From assembly GCA_000708835.1 (NCBI GenBank), contig DF236961.1, forward strand, positions 124,001 to 188,000: DNA of 64,000 nucleotides, in the 5' to 3' direction. Of the stretch, positions 1 to 11,342 are shown piece after piece; the stretch's first letter is position 1; every line of letters begins with the position of its first letter. A program made the translations under genes and the position numbers. Source of the DNA: Klebsormidium nitens. Its lineage: Eukaryota; Plantae; Klebsormidiophyceae. A model generated the notes under the pieces. The model had not been told where the DNA came from and made no database searches. It worked only from the letters and a program-made list of their open reading frames with translations.

Positions 1-200
1 GGTGCTCTCGACGAGGACTAAGTGCAGCGGTTTCTCAATTGTGAGTCCCTTTCAAGAGGAAGATTGGCAGCCTTTTCGCATGCTTGTTTGCAAGTTTTGG
101 GAAAGAGACAGGCATGCTCTTTTGATGCGATTCCGTCGGGATAAAAGCGGATAATGAAGAGCAGCCTTTGATCTCTCTGCCCGCCCATCGGTCGATGCAG

Positions 201-1424
201 TCGTTACTTGTGTGGGGACCAGCTGACGCTTGCTGACGTCCGGCTCTTCACCACCATCCTGCGGTTCGATCCTGTATATTACGGTAAGCTTCATGGCTTC
301 CGTGGGTTTAAGCGGGTGGTATTGCGGATCTTCTGTGACAAACCGTACGGCGTTTCTTCAGGGGCAGGTGTCAGTCTTTGTTTTCGAGAAGGGAGAGAGA
401 TCAGGGCCCAAGCGCTTCGTCGCTAATCGATTGCAAGCAAGGTTCGGTGGAGTAATAACAGTCTACTTTCCGTATAACTTTCTTCTCTCCAGCTCTGGAT
501 TGTTTCCGGTGTTCTTGCTCCTGAGACAAAAGCTCTCGTGGCGGTCACATGTTGTCGCGTTTAAATGTCATTTGATGGGTGCTAGATTGTGGAAATCTTT
601 GCACGGTGTCAGGACGACTTTTAGGTTCCGAAGTAGTCAAGGGGGCTCGCCCTCAAATCTGTGTTTCACGACCCTCAAATGCGCGTTTCACGACAGTCAT
701 CCTGTTCCATTTTCGAGCAACTTGTCAACAGTGCTTTACTTTTTCCGACATATTAATATCTTTCCTGCCGCCTTCCAGTGACCCATGCTTTGCGTTTTGC
801 AGTACATTTCAAGTGCTCGCGCCAGCGGATATCAGAGTACAAGTACCTGTACCCCTACTTGCGGGACATGTACCAGGTAAAGTTGCCTTCCTCGTCAGTC
901 TTGTTTCTGCAGACGCGCGGTTTGCAGAAGCTGGCGCGGACTTCGTTCTTTGAACGCTGTAAGCTGTTTATGTATCGGATCAAGACACTCCTTCGCTGTA
1001 GCCTGTGCTAAGAGCATACCCTGTGCACAGCATACATTGCGACAGAGGGGATGCACGGCCGTTCCGTTTGTCGGTCAAACTTGCCGCTCGGTCCTTGCAA
1101 GATTCTATCTGTGGGGCTCGTGGCAACGCAATCGAGCTCGACCGAATGCTCTCACTAACGGAACACCCCAAAATTGAAACCAACAGAACGATCTCACAGG
1201 CCATTTTCTGCCCTCTAAGCATTCCCCTATCTATTTTGCAGCATCCGGGAGTTGCGGCGACTTGCGACCTAGATTCTATTTGCCGACAGTACTACTACTC
1301 ACTCTTTCCGCTGAACCCCGGGGGGCTCGTTCCGGTGGTGCCACGTGGCTCAGATCCGGTCGGTCTCCTTCAGCCCCACTCCCGCGGGAAGCTCTTATCT
1401 TCCCCAGTCTTACAGAGTGCTTAG
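201..1424 (+). CDS. Glutathionyl-hydroquinone reductase / Xi-class GST (ECM4/YqjG-like), 3' exons 201-283, 803-876, 1242-1424; 5' part unresolved or outside the window
   Basis: Spliced frame reads [27 protein letters not shown]|[25 protein letters not shown]|[31 protein letters not shown], matching the C-terminal domain of this family. GT-AG junctions have matching phases. Confidence 0.9.
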
Positions 1425-2562
1425 GCATCCGGCTGGATGACAATTGGAAGAGGGCTATTAGCGACTTGGCGTATGCACGTATTTCGCTGTCTTGAGTACT
1501 CCTAATGAAGGGAGTACTTATAGCCTTCGAACGAAGTTCACATGTCCATCGCTAGGGTGAGAATCCTACCATGGCAATTGCAAGATGTGCCTTTGGCTTG
1601 CGGCGGCGCCGTCTCATCAACACGTCTCGCTCGCGCATGAACTTACGTACATGCTTATCAAGATACCTAAGTCATTAAGGCCACCGTTCGAATATCCGTG
1701 CCGACGGCAGGTCGTGCGATTTGTGCCACCATGCTCTGCACACATCAAGGCGGGTGGCGTGCGCCTGCATGGTCAGACGAATGTCTTTGCAGAGCGGTCA
1801 AGCCAGGCTGGGCGCGGGGGCGGAGCCGCGAGGTACTTCTACAACGCTATGTCATAGTACAGTATTAATTGATCTTGCATGATCGTTGAGCAACCGGTAC
1901 AGCCCCTTTGACCAGATTGAAAAATGCTGGCGAACTATGCAAAGTAGAGCCGGGACTCCGAGGAACGACCTGCAGATGGACGGCCTGCAACAACTCAGCA
2001 ATTGGACCACGGCTATGAACTGACTCGCGTACATCCCAGTGACGTCATATAATAAGTTACGCTTGCCTCGGCGTGAGCGCGGGCCGGGACGCGGCCGGGC
2101 AACTAGATAAATGAGCACAAATGACCGATCCAAATTGAGGTCCAGTACTGGCAGGCTTATCATTAGGTAACAATCATGGATGGATCGTGCTCTTATATTC
2201 ATTGATTCACGTACGGTCAGCTGTTCAAACCAATGCCTTGAATATAAATGACCGTCAAAAGCACTTAATGTAATGATGTCGGTTGACGTGTATGCATGAG
2301 AACAATTTTGTGAGTCTCAATTGGGCTCGACAATTGTGTTCAGGTGATGAGAGGTTCTCGTTCATGAGTAGATCTCATACAATGGGCCCGCGCCCTCATG
2401 CAGGCGCTGCATGACATTGCATGATCGCTTGGTTCGAGATTAAACAATCATGATCAAGACTTGTTACTAACTCTTTTATTGTTCGGAAGGTGGTTAGCAA
2501 AGGCGCAACTATTGACCGCAATGTCGAGACATGCAGAACAGATCACTCCGCAGCTATAACTC

Positions 2563-3939
2563 TCATATCTCTGCAAAAGGAGAGACGCAATGAGCGTCGT
2601 CTTTTCCTCCACTCGACTGCACCTCGCTAATTGTGTCTAGCTCGCTTTCTTCCGGCTGAAGACGGATGAGATTCTGTCCCCAATTGGAAGCCGGCTGGTC
2701 CCCCGGGACGCTCACTTGGGCATAGTAACTTGCAGCATCTTCCCTAAGCCAGTTGTCTACTCTGTTGCTCGGCTCCCAGCAGCTTTCGGACCGGGCACGC
2801 ACTTCTTCGTCAAACGTCCAGCTGTCGAGATTTCGGGAAGGGTTGCCGTGAGGCGTTTGGAACATCCCTTCGAGCTGCCTACCACATCCGGGCACGGACA
2901 GATTCCACTTCTTCTGGTAGTAGATTCTGTTGTTGGAATGGGAGCATTTACTCCGCTGCCCGTAACCCGAGTGCCCTCCTCCCCTTGTGTCTATAAGCGA
3001 GGATGAAGAGCCCGACTCTGGGTCCCCGTGGATGTTACTAAACTCGGGCGGCCTGGAAGCGACCATCACACCGCTGAGCTTCAATCGGAGATCGTAGTCA
3101 CAATCCTCCACGTATGCTGGCCAGATGTTCTCGTCGAACACGCCTACTTCGGCCACTGCACGCTGGGTTATGATGAACACTTGGTATGCCGTCAGCTTGT
3201 AGAAAGCCACGTTGGGGTTGCTGCTGACGTAGTCGTAGAGCGTGCGCAGTGCGCCGGGAACGAACGCTGCGTCATCGTTAATGATAAGCCACCAAGGGGA
3301 ATCCAGGGTAGAGTGAACGATGGTGTTCCATCCTCCGGCACAGCCCCGGTTGCACCCGCTTCTCACGACCTTGAAAAAGCTCCTCCCGATCAGCTCTTGC
3401 AGCTCGTCTATAGCCGCCAGCATATCCAGCTCATCCTGCTTCCCTGCTTCCCCAGGAATGGTGTTCACAACGATGACTATGACTTGCACGGGAACGTCAA
3501 TGCTGAGGACGAGCCGGCGGAGCATTGCAGGGTTGTTCACCGTGTTGGTCCCTATCACCGGGATCGGAGTCCTCAAGTAAAAGCACGGCTGCCCCTCTGA
3601 TCTGTCAAGCAGCGGATACCGCTCACTGAAACAGTTGTAGATGGCGGGAATCACAGCATCTTTGAGCCCCAACTCAGCGTGCAATTGCCTCCCGCTCAGA
3701 GAACCGTTCCGCCAAGCCTCCAGGGTTGCCCCAACATAAAGGGGCTGAGAGGTCTTTCCTCCAGACACGGTCTCTGAAAGATCTGGGGCTCCACCAACAA
3801 TAAAAGCCGCATCCCAGATGCTAAAGTAGACCACAACTCCGGTCATGATCACCGGCAGAAACAGAAGGGATGACTGCTTCAAGACGCCCGGGTTATGTCC
3901 CGCGGATCCTGACCTGAACGAACCGGTCAGGAAGCTCAT
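2563..3939 (-). CDS. Single-exon, membrane-anchored GT-A fold glycosyltransferase (GT2-like), 458 aa
   Basis: Uninterrupted ORF with an N-terminal hydrophobic anchor (LLFLPVIMTGVVVYFSIW), then GCAGGWNTIV, WWLIINDDAAF (DxD-like) and FDENIWPAYVEDCDY motifs typical of GT2-like enzymes. Exact family and start codon uncertain. Confidence 0.75.
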   Translation of the reverse strand: MSFLTGSFRSGSAGHNPGVLKQSSLLFLPVIMTGVVVYFSIWDAAFIVGGAPDLSETVSGGKTSQPLYVGATLEAWRNGSLSGRQLHAELGLKDAVIPAIYNCFSERYPLLDRSEGQPCFYLRTPIPVIGTNTVNNPAMLRRLVLSIDVPVQVIVIVVNTIPGEAGKQDELDMLAAIDELQELIGRSFFKVVRSGCNRGCAGGWNTIVHSTLDSPWWLIINDDAAFVPGALRTLYDYVSSNPNVAFYKLTAYQVFIITQRAVAEVGVFDENIWPAYVEDCDYDLRLKLSGVMVASRPPEFSNIHGDPESGSSSSLIDTRGGGHSGYGQRSKCSHSNNRIYYQKKWNLSVPGCGRQLEGMFQTPHGNPSRNLDSWTFDEEVRARSESCWEPSNRVDNWLREDAASYYAQVSVPGDQPASNWGQNLIRLQPEESELDTISEVQSSGGKDDAHCVSPFAEI

Positions 3940-6203
3940 GGCTGAAATGACAAGTTGGCCTCAGCACGCAGGGAAGCCTGTTAGACCTGCATAAGAATCG
4001 CCTACGCAATCTTGCTGTCCTTCGCGCCTTGTTCTGCCGAGGAGACAGGGATGCAGCGTCTGAATCTCTTTGCCGCTCTGACATGGCGCGGCGCAGGATT
4101 GGACGATGAATCGGGCGCATGAAAAGGGCGAAGCCGCCAACAGCTGCTCTACGTGATCTTGAAAGAAGCGGTCACATCAAAAGTGACGGCCCGCCGATTG
4201 ACGCTTTGCTGAAGAGTCAACATTTCCATGCGAACGAGGAAGCGCTGACTCATCGAAAAGCCAGCCTTGACACCCGGACCAATTCGCAGGAAGCTTTGGT
4301 TGCTGACCAGGTCGATTAGGAGACTTGAGTCTCAGGTTATTGGACCGATAACCAGGCTTCAACCCCGTTCCAGGGCGGGTTACCGCCCAAGTCTGCTTAA
4401 CGGACATTTAACTACTTTTAACCAGCCCATAATCAGCCCATAACCATCCATGGGTAGGGGCCAAAACCTCCTGTGCAAGCGCTTCGGCAAGGACGGGCAG
4501 CCTGACATGACTAGGTACCGATTCGTATTACAGCGGAACCGTCGGAACAGGGCAGCATGGACCTCTCGTGCGGATGACAGCGAAGGGAGAGCTCTCGAGA
4601 AAGGGATCGGTACCGTAGTGGCACGACCCTTTCACACCTCCTCGCTGCGGACATTATTTCTTCGCTTTTATTTTCACACCAGCCCAGCGACCAGTTTCAC
4701 AATTCCACACCAAGGGAGAAAACCTAGGAGATTAGCAGTGCAAACTACCCTTGTATCCATTCACCCTCGAAACTAACCAGCTTTTCCTTGTTTCGCGATT
4801 TCACACAGGCCTGTTCAGAATTAGTACTTTTTTTCAACACAAGCCCAAAATTGTTGCTTGGTGTGAAGGGATCGTGCCACTACGGTACACAGAGGCGCAC
4901 TTAGTTTTTTCATGCGACGCACGGCTGTGCGTGGCGCCCAGAGGGCAATGATGACTTCCCTTTTCTTTGCTCAATATTGTGATGTGACCGCCATCAAAAG
5001 GAAAAAGAATCAGGCCGGCCGAATCTAATTGAAAGCTTTGCCATGGTGAGCCCCGGACTCGGAGTCATCATCGGACAAGGGAGCCCTTCGCCGAACTTTC
5101 GTGTCACATCCATATCACGACTGATCTTCGTGTACGTATTCGCTAGATGACTGCACCTCTCACTGGGCGCTATGGCCAGTTGGTGAAGCGGTCCCTCTCA
5201 ATGTCAAAGCTCGCCAGAAAATTGTGTCAGAGTCAGAGGAAATTGCACCTGGTAGATTAGCTTGGTTGTTCCTGAAAGGAGCAGCGGACTCTGCTTTGAA
5301 GCTGCCCACCGGCTGCGCTGTCTTTGCTTTTGTCTTACTTTTGTCTTGGCAAAAGCGCTAGCGTTCAAAACTGCGCACCGTCAACCGGTTATAAGAACTA
5401 AAGCTCAAAACCTGCTTCTCCTTTCGAATGTTTGCCCAATCTTCGTGTCTTCAATTCAGGTTCATTTGCCGTTTCTCAAATAAAACTACAATATTGATGG
5501 ATCAGCACACTTAAGAAACGCGTCTCATGGATGGAGTTGCAAGGCTCTGACGGCAAGCTTATCCATTCATGCACCTTACCACGGGTGAAGGAAGAGCAAT
5601 TTGAATAAGCGTCGTAGCGTGTTATTATGGACACCCACACGAGCTTCGAGTTCCGACCAGTATCGATTAGTCGCCGGAACTGCAACGATACCACCTATTT
5701 CCATAGCAATAGCCCACACAAACACACCCGGTATCAAATGAACGGGCTTTACAAAAATCGAACAGGTTCGAAGCTGACGATGTAAGTCTTGGCTGGCCAG
5801 TCTGCTCTTTCCTTGTTCAAGGCCTGGGGGCTGCCTACTGGGTGACATGGATGAGTGTGAGCAGCCTGCGAAATCTTCGTAAAATCGGAACGAGTGGCGA
5901 TGCAGGTGAGGGATCCCCCAGTTGCAAAGGGGGCCGAATTTGATTAGGATGCGGACTGGGAGTATGTTCATTCCATCATCCGACACACGATTGAACGACT
6001 TGCAAGGCCCCAATCCGTACGTCAGCAGCGATCATCACGATCTGCATCAGGCTCGGCGCAAATGGAAGACAATGAGCAAATGCGTGTACTTGTACTCGTC
6101 GGATTATGGGACCGCACTGGTCACGGTGCACGAAGGACTGGCCGCAATGGCCGAAACCATAAGACTCCAATCTAGATCAAGTAAGCTTTAGGTAAAGTAG
6201 GCC

Positions 6204-6310
6204 AAGCAGCCTGGGACGGGTGGGATTAGTTTGGGGGTTAGGGTGGGTTCGGGTGCGGAGCGGGTAATTTTGAGGGCTACGTTTTTAATGGTAGGCTGGG
6301 AGCTTACAAC
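6204..6310. repeat. Dispersed G-rich element, copy 1 of 3
   Basis: aagcagcctgggacgggtgggattagtttgggggttagggtgggttcgggtgcggagcggg...gagcttac aligns end to end with 44126-44234 and in its core with 43271-43355. Confidence 0.85.
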
Positions 6311-6961
6311 ACCTAGAGCTTACTTTACCCAGATTGAAGAGACATGCCGAAACCCGCGCCTGATGGCCCTACTGTGACGAGCTTACGTTTCAATCATTCG
6401 AGGTCCTCCCAGCGAACCGATGCGACAGCTCATCTGGCGCGCTGTGTATATTGTGTTTACTGCTCATGCAGGCCAGGCAATCGAGAAAGTGGTTAGCCAG
6501 AGGAGGCTGGCATACTCGTTGCATTTCGACTCTTATCAATTTCTCACGACATACTAGAAGAGTTTTCGTAAACAAGAGTCCTGGATATAAAGGCGGAACC
6601 GGGAACGGGAACGGGTTGCGTATGAGGCCAGCCAAACCACTTTCCATTCTTGTGACTACGTTGTGACTGAGGTTCATATTGAGCAAGTGTTAGACCCGCA
6701 AAACCAAGCTTGAACCGTTCGCATGCCCGCTGTCCTCGTCGGGTACAAGATCCAGCGACACTTCTTTATCCACCAGCAATGGTCGCTCTCGATCTGTACG
6801 GCGAAAGGCTATTGCGAAAGCAGTCTCCTCTCCCTCAATTTCACGCACATTCATCTGTTTTTTATGTACCGACTGTGTCGCCCACTTATCACGACTCCTT
6901 TCACGACTTCATACGTCAGCTGAACTAGTATCCTAAAAGAGCCACAATCTCCACTGGGCAC

Positions 6962-7797
6962 TCAGTGCTTGTGATGATGACCCGTCGGCTGCTGCGCTCC
7001 CGCGGTGTACCCGGCCGCGTACGCCTGCGGGTTTGCCGCGGCCGCGGCCGCGCCAGCCGCCATTCCCTGAGCGAATTGCTGCTGCAAGTGTCGAAAGAAA
7101 GCTAGATTTTTCAACTTGGTCTGCAGTAGGGAAAGCATGCTCACTCTGACGTCATCGTGCCGGGCGTGCGTCACATTTCAGAATGCTTGATGGATGTACT
7201 GCACAATCAGTCCAGGAGATTTCGAATGTTCGATCAGTCAGAGGTTTTTGTGCTGGGGGTTTTGAAACTGCGCACAGCCAAGACAATGACGCAATGACGC
7301 GTGTTGAGGCGAAAAGATGGGCCCCATTGAATCAAAAGTTTATTCGACTACGAATGGTATAACACCGCTGCCGAGAAAAAAGGATGCTTTGGCAGGACCC
7401 AAGACCCCCAGTCGTAACGGATCTTAAACTAACAATCTTGAATGGATTCACACCTTTGTCTTAGCTGCTATACTTCGACAACTCATAAGCACACTCCACA
7501 AAAGTCGCGCAAAAACAGAATCCCTCCTCAGAAAAACCCCAAATGCCCACTGTTGCAGCAACGACGGAATGCCTGCTCACCAGAAGAGCCGCGCGCGCGA
7601 GCTCAAATCGGAACCATATATTGCAAGAACGCGGATTGATCAAATTAATTCATCCAGAGGACACATGTCACCTGCTGCTGCTGCTGACACATCATCTGCT
7701 CCCTCATCTCCTTGTCCTCCTTCTTCTCTTCTTTCTTCTCGTGGTGGTGATGGATCGCCGCGCCGCCGAGAGCGGCCTTGCCCAGAGGTCCCACCAT
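6962..7797 (-). CDS. Uncharacterised 81-aa His/Gln/Ala-rich microprotein A; exons 7797-7672, 7081-6962
   Basis: MVGPLGKAALGGAAIHHHHEKKEEKKEDKEMREQMMCQQQQQ|QQFAQGMAAGAAAAAANPQAYAAGYTAGAQQPTGHHHKH*. CAG|GTGAC donor and ttgcag acceptor, phase 0. Paralog at 8834. Confidence 0.75.
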
Positions 7798-8833
7798 GGT
7801 GAGGAAAGGGCCTCACACTACTGTAGTTGCTTTCGAAGGGCGCTTTTTGCAAGCTAGAAAGTTGGCGCAAATTTCTGGAGGTTTGCTTGAACGCTTATAC
7901 CGTTTGATGCGCTCGCGAGTCTCCGAGAAGAGGCACAATCTAAAACGCAAAAGTCTTGTCGTTCGCTTCTATACGATCAAAATGCATTCCTTTCCGCTCA
8001 GTGTGACTCTCCCTTTTGCTTTGCCTCTCCTGCTTTCAGAGCAGTGCATGTGTTCGGAAGTCGCCAAAGGCGACCACTTTCGCGGCAACTTCCTTTGACA
8101 GCGTATCGCGGCTTGACGAGCTGTCCTTGCGTAAAGCTGTGTCAGTAGAGCGCGCGCGCGCTCTTAACCTGGTGACACTAGAGTAGAAAGCTCTAGGCTC
8201 TCTTCGTTGACTCGAGTCCGTACAGGTCAAAAAGTGGTACAGGATTAACCCGTCCCTCGTTCGTCTTTGCGTGCATCCAAACAGTGCCGCAACTCCCTTA
8301 CGATTGCAATCATTCATCTTCGTCGACGGATTCGGCAAGCTAGTAACGTCCTTATCGAGTTCGAAGCTGACAATGGTAGCACGCCAAGCTCGACCCTTTT
8401 TTCGTGATTTTGGGAGGCGCAAACCAGATTGCATCAGGCTCAATCGGAAGCTGATTGATCGGATGATTCTCGACCAAAAAGGCAGTCAGCTTTTCGAAAG
8501 AGAAGCTAAAGCTGAAAAGAAGTCCCAGAAGGCGAGAGCCGCTTTGACATTCGCTCGATGCAAAATTGAAAACCAGGCGCAGCGAAAGGTCTTCGGAAGT
8601 CAAACCAGCTTTGTCACTCATAATTTCTCCGTTAGACCCTTAAGTCAGCTGCTTTCGAAAGTGGACACCTATCATAATAGCATTCGAAGTTGCGCGCTTG
8701 CTTTGCCTCAAAGGCGCCATCCTCGCTGCCTGGCCACAGAACAAAGACAACCTCCGACAAGAATTTTTGGGTCCTGAGCCTTTGAGCAGAGAACGGCTTG
8801 CTTTCTGACCCTGCGCCGTCTCTAGTTGCCAGC

Positions 8834-10014
8834 ATGGGTCCCATCATCAAGGCGGCGCTCGTGGGCGCGGCCGCGCACCACCACCACGAGCACAAGAAGG
8901 AGAAGAAGGAGGCGCAAGCCATGCAGCAGGAGCGGATGCGCCAGCAGCAGCAGCAGGTGGGCCTGACACGGGGCCCATCGGACGGCCTGTTTTCTCCTGC
9001 TTGTATTCATCTGCGTTTTGCGCATGCATCTTACTTGGAACGTCCTTGAGTTGCTCCTCGTTCTGTTGATATTTTTCCGGCGAGATTTGAGTGAGTTGAG
9101 AGTTTTGCGTAATTCTTCGTCGACGAAAATGCTCGTTGGCCGCGGCTAGCAGGAAAGACCGCCCCCAGAAAAGTCGCATGCTTTCAGGGGAAGGTGCAAT
9201 TTTGATGCTGCCTGAATGCGCTCTCGAACATCCTTGGCTCGAGGTTGCCGTAGACTGCTGAAGATATGGATTGAGCCGTGCACGATTCTCCGGTTTTGAG
9301 CCAAGTGGAAAGAAGTTGTAGGTGCCGAGGGAGGCGCGACAAACAATCTCGTCCTCAGGCAATTCATCAAGTCAGTGGAATCACGATGTTCCTCAAAGTT
9401 CACAAGTGTCACGCGGAATGTCGGACACGTAAGTGTTGATGATTCCGTCACGTAATGAGATAGCACATTGAGAAATTGCGACAAGACGTAAGGGCCTTTC
9501 TCCTTGTCCCCATTTCCACAAAATGGCAATGTCGCGTTGCGCCGTAGGAATTGCATTCAGGAGCTTCGAAATCGCCAAGCAATTCTGAACCCGCCGTGTC
9601 ATCCTAGACGGACGCTGCATCAGAAGCCGTGTTTTCGATCGTACTTGACTCAACCATATCATGCCTCTAGAACATTCCCACTACAAAGGGGCCATCAAAC
9701 AATTCGGCTTCGCTCCAAGGACTCGGATCGAACGGCCTGTCAATGTTCAGCACAGTTCTTGATGACTCACCACAGAACCAATGTTCTTCTTTTCTACTCC
9801 GCTGCAGTCATACGCCCAGGGAGTGGCTGTGGGCGCCCAAATGGCGGCGCCTCCGGGGCAACAGGCCGCCGCGCCTAACGTGGTGGTGGTCCCGCCCCCC
9901 CAACCGCCGGGGGTATTTGTGCCCGCCCCACCGCCTGGGATGGTTGCGGCCCCGCCTCCCGTCGTGTTCTACCCCGCACCGGGAACTCCTGTTGCATACC
10001 CGTATCAGAAGTAG
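8834..10014 (+). CDS. Uncharacterised 109-aa His/Gln/Pro-rich microprotein B; exons 8834-8956, 9808-10014
   Basis: MGPIIKAALVGAAAHHHHEHKKEKKEAQAMQQERMRQQQQQ|SYAQGVAVGAQMAAPPG...VAYPYQK*. CAG|GTGGG donor and ctgcag acceptor, phase 0, at the same intron position as its paralog. Confidence 0.78.
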
Positions 10015-11342
10015 AGGCTGAGTCTGTCAAATTCTCCCGAAGTCTGGAGAAAGTTGTGTGGTTTGAGATTGGTCTATGCAGAACCTGGAAACAAACAAGA
10101 GAGTATGGTCGTGTCGACAATTGCAACGTTACAGTTTCAGGGAGCCTGATTCGACTTCTTAGAGACGTGTTTGCACAAGAATCTGGATTGCTCCGGGCAT
10201 AAGGTGCATTTTCAACTTGAGGAGTTCGGAGGCAAAGGAGCGGTTCCTTTAAAAGCTGCTCTAAACGAATACCAAAAGGATATTCCGCAAAAGCAAGCTG
10301 TACAGCAAGTTCATCATTGCTTCGATTACATGTGCTGCACGTGCAAAGTGGCCTGGGTCACTTATCAATCCAAGCTCCTCGGATCACGATCGTTGTATCG
10401 AGCATTTCTTACTCCCGAGCTACTTTATCCGCACCATTAGGGCACCAAAGTGAACGAAGGTCACACGGCTTGCAAGTCTTTTAGGATACTGTCCACAAGT
10501 ATTTCACAACGCATGTCCTTCTTATCAGATTATCTGCTGCACAGCATGAGTTGTGAGCACCATGCTTTGGAAAACGCTCCCAAAGATCGTTGAGGGCGCT
10601 GTGGTGCATGATAACGAACCATTCCTTGCCGGCCGCTGCAAAACACTTGGTTGGGTTGCATGCATGCATGACTTCCTAACCAGCTGCAGAGCCCAAAGCA
10701 CCATGATACATTGATCAATTGGGACAGCTCACTTACACCGTTTAAGACAGCATGTAGTAGTACCTCGGTAAGATTCAACAAAAGCAGAAAATTGATTTCA
10801 CGAGTGCCATTCCGACTAAGTTCTTTTGCCAAAGTGTAGGGAGCTGATTCTGCGAACGATTAGCTAGAATCAGCATACTTTACCTGGCGGCGCGTGGCGT
10901 GTGCCCTAATGGATCACTCACGGCGGCCGCCGTTGGTTGTGGTTGATCGCGCGGCGCAAGCACAACTCATCGGGGACGTGCACCTGTGTGGCGCCCGTAA
11001 CGCAGATCGACGAGAAGTATATCCGGATGTCGATTATTGGCCGATCTCGTGCATCCACAACTTGCATGCTAAACAGATCTCATTCACGTGTCCCATTCAG
11101 TCTATTAGATTGGTTGTATAATCGACTTTCAGCATGGCTAGTCGCAGCTGGACGAGGGTCGAGGACAAGCTGTCTTTGCAGCTGAGCGGAACTTTAGTCG
11201 CTTGCCATGCTTACATCAACGAGTCTCTTCTCATTTTGTTAACTTTTCGTGCTCAACACATTGTTCTGATTATCTGGTCAACTCTGATCGGTGCAACTGT
11301 GAGGAGACCAGACCGTATACCTTTCAGAATGTTGTGGTACTG

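Noticed and set aside
1-40. Possible upstream GST exon ending at GTGAGT (41)
   Set aside because: Phase fits, but the translation lacks family similarity and the most similar-looking frame (ALDED) hits a stop.
6230-6250. TTAGGG in the G-rich element as telomere or telomerase-RNA template
   Set aside because: At most one unit per copy, not tandem, and altered in copy 3.
10171-10440. Cys/His-containing 89-aa ORF as a zinc-finger gene
   Set aside because: TTG start, no standard ligand spacing, no linked exons.
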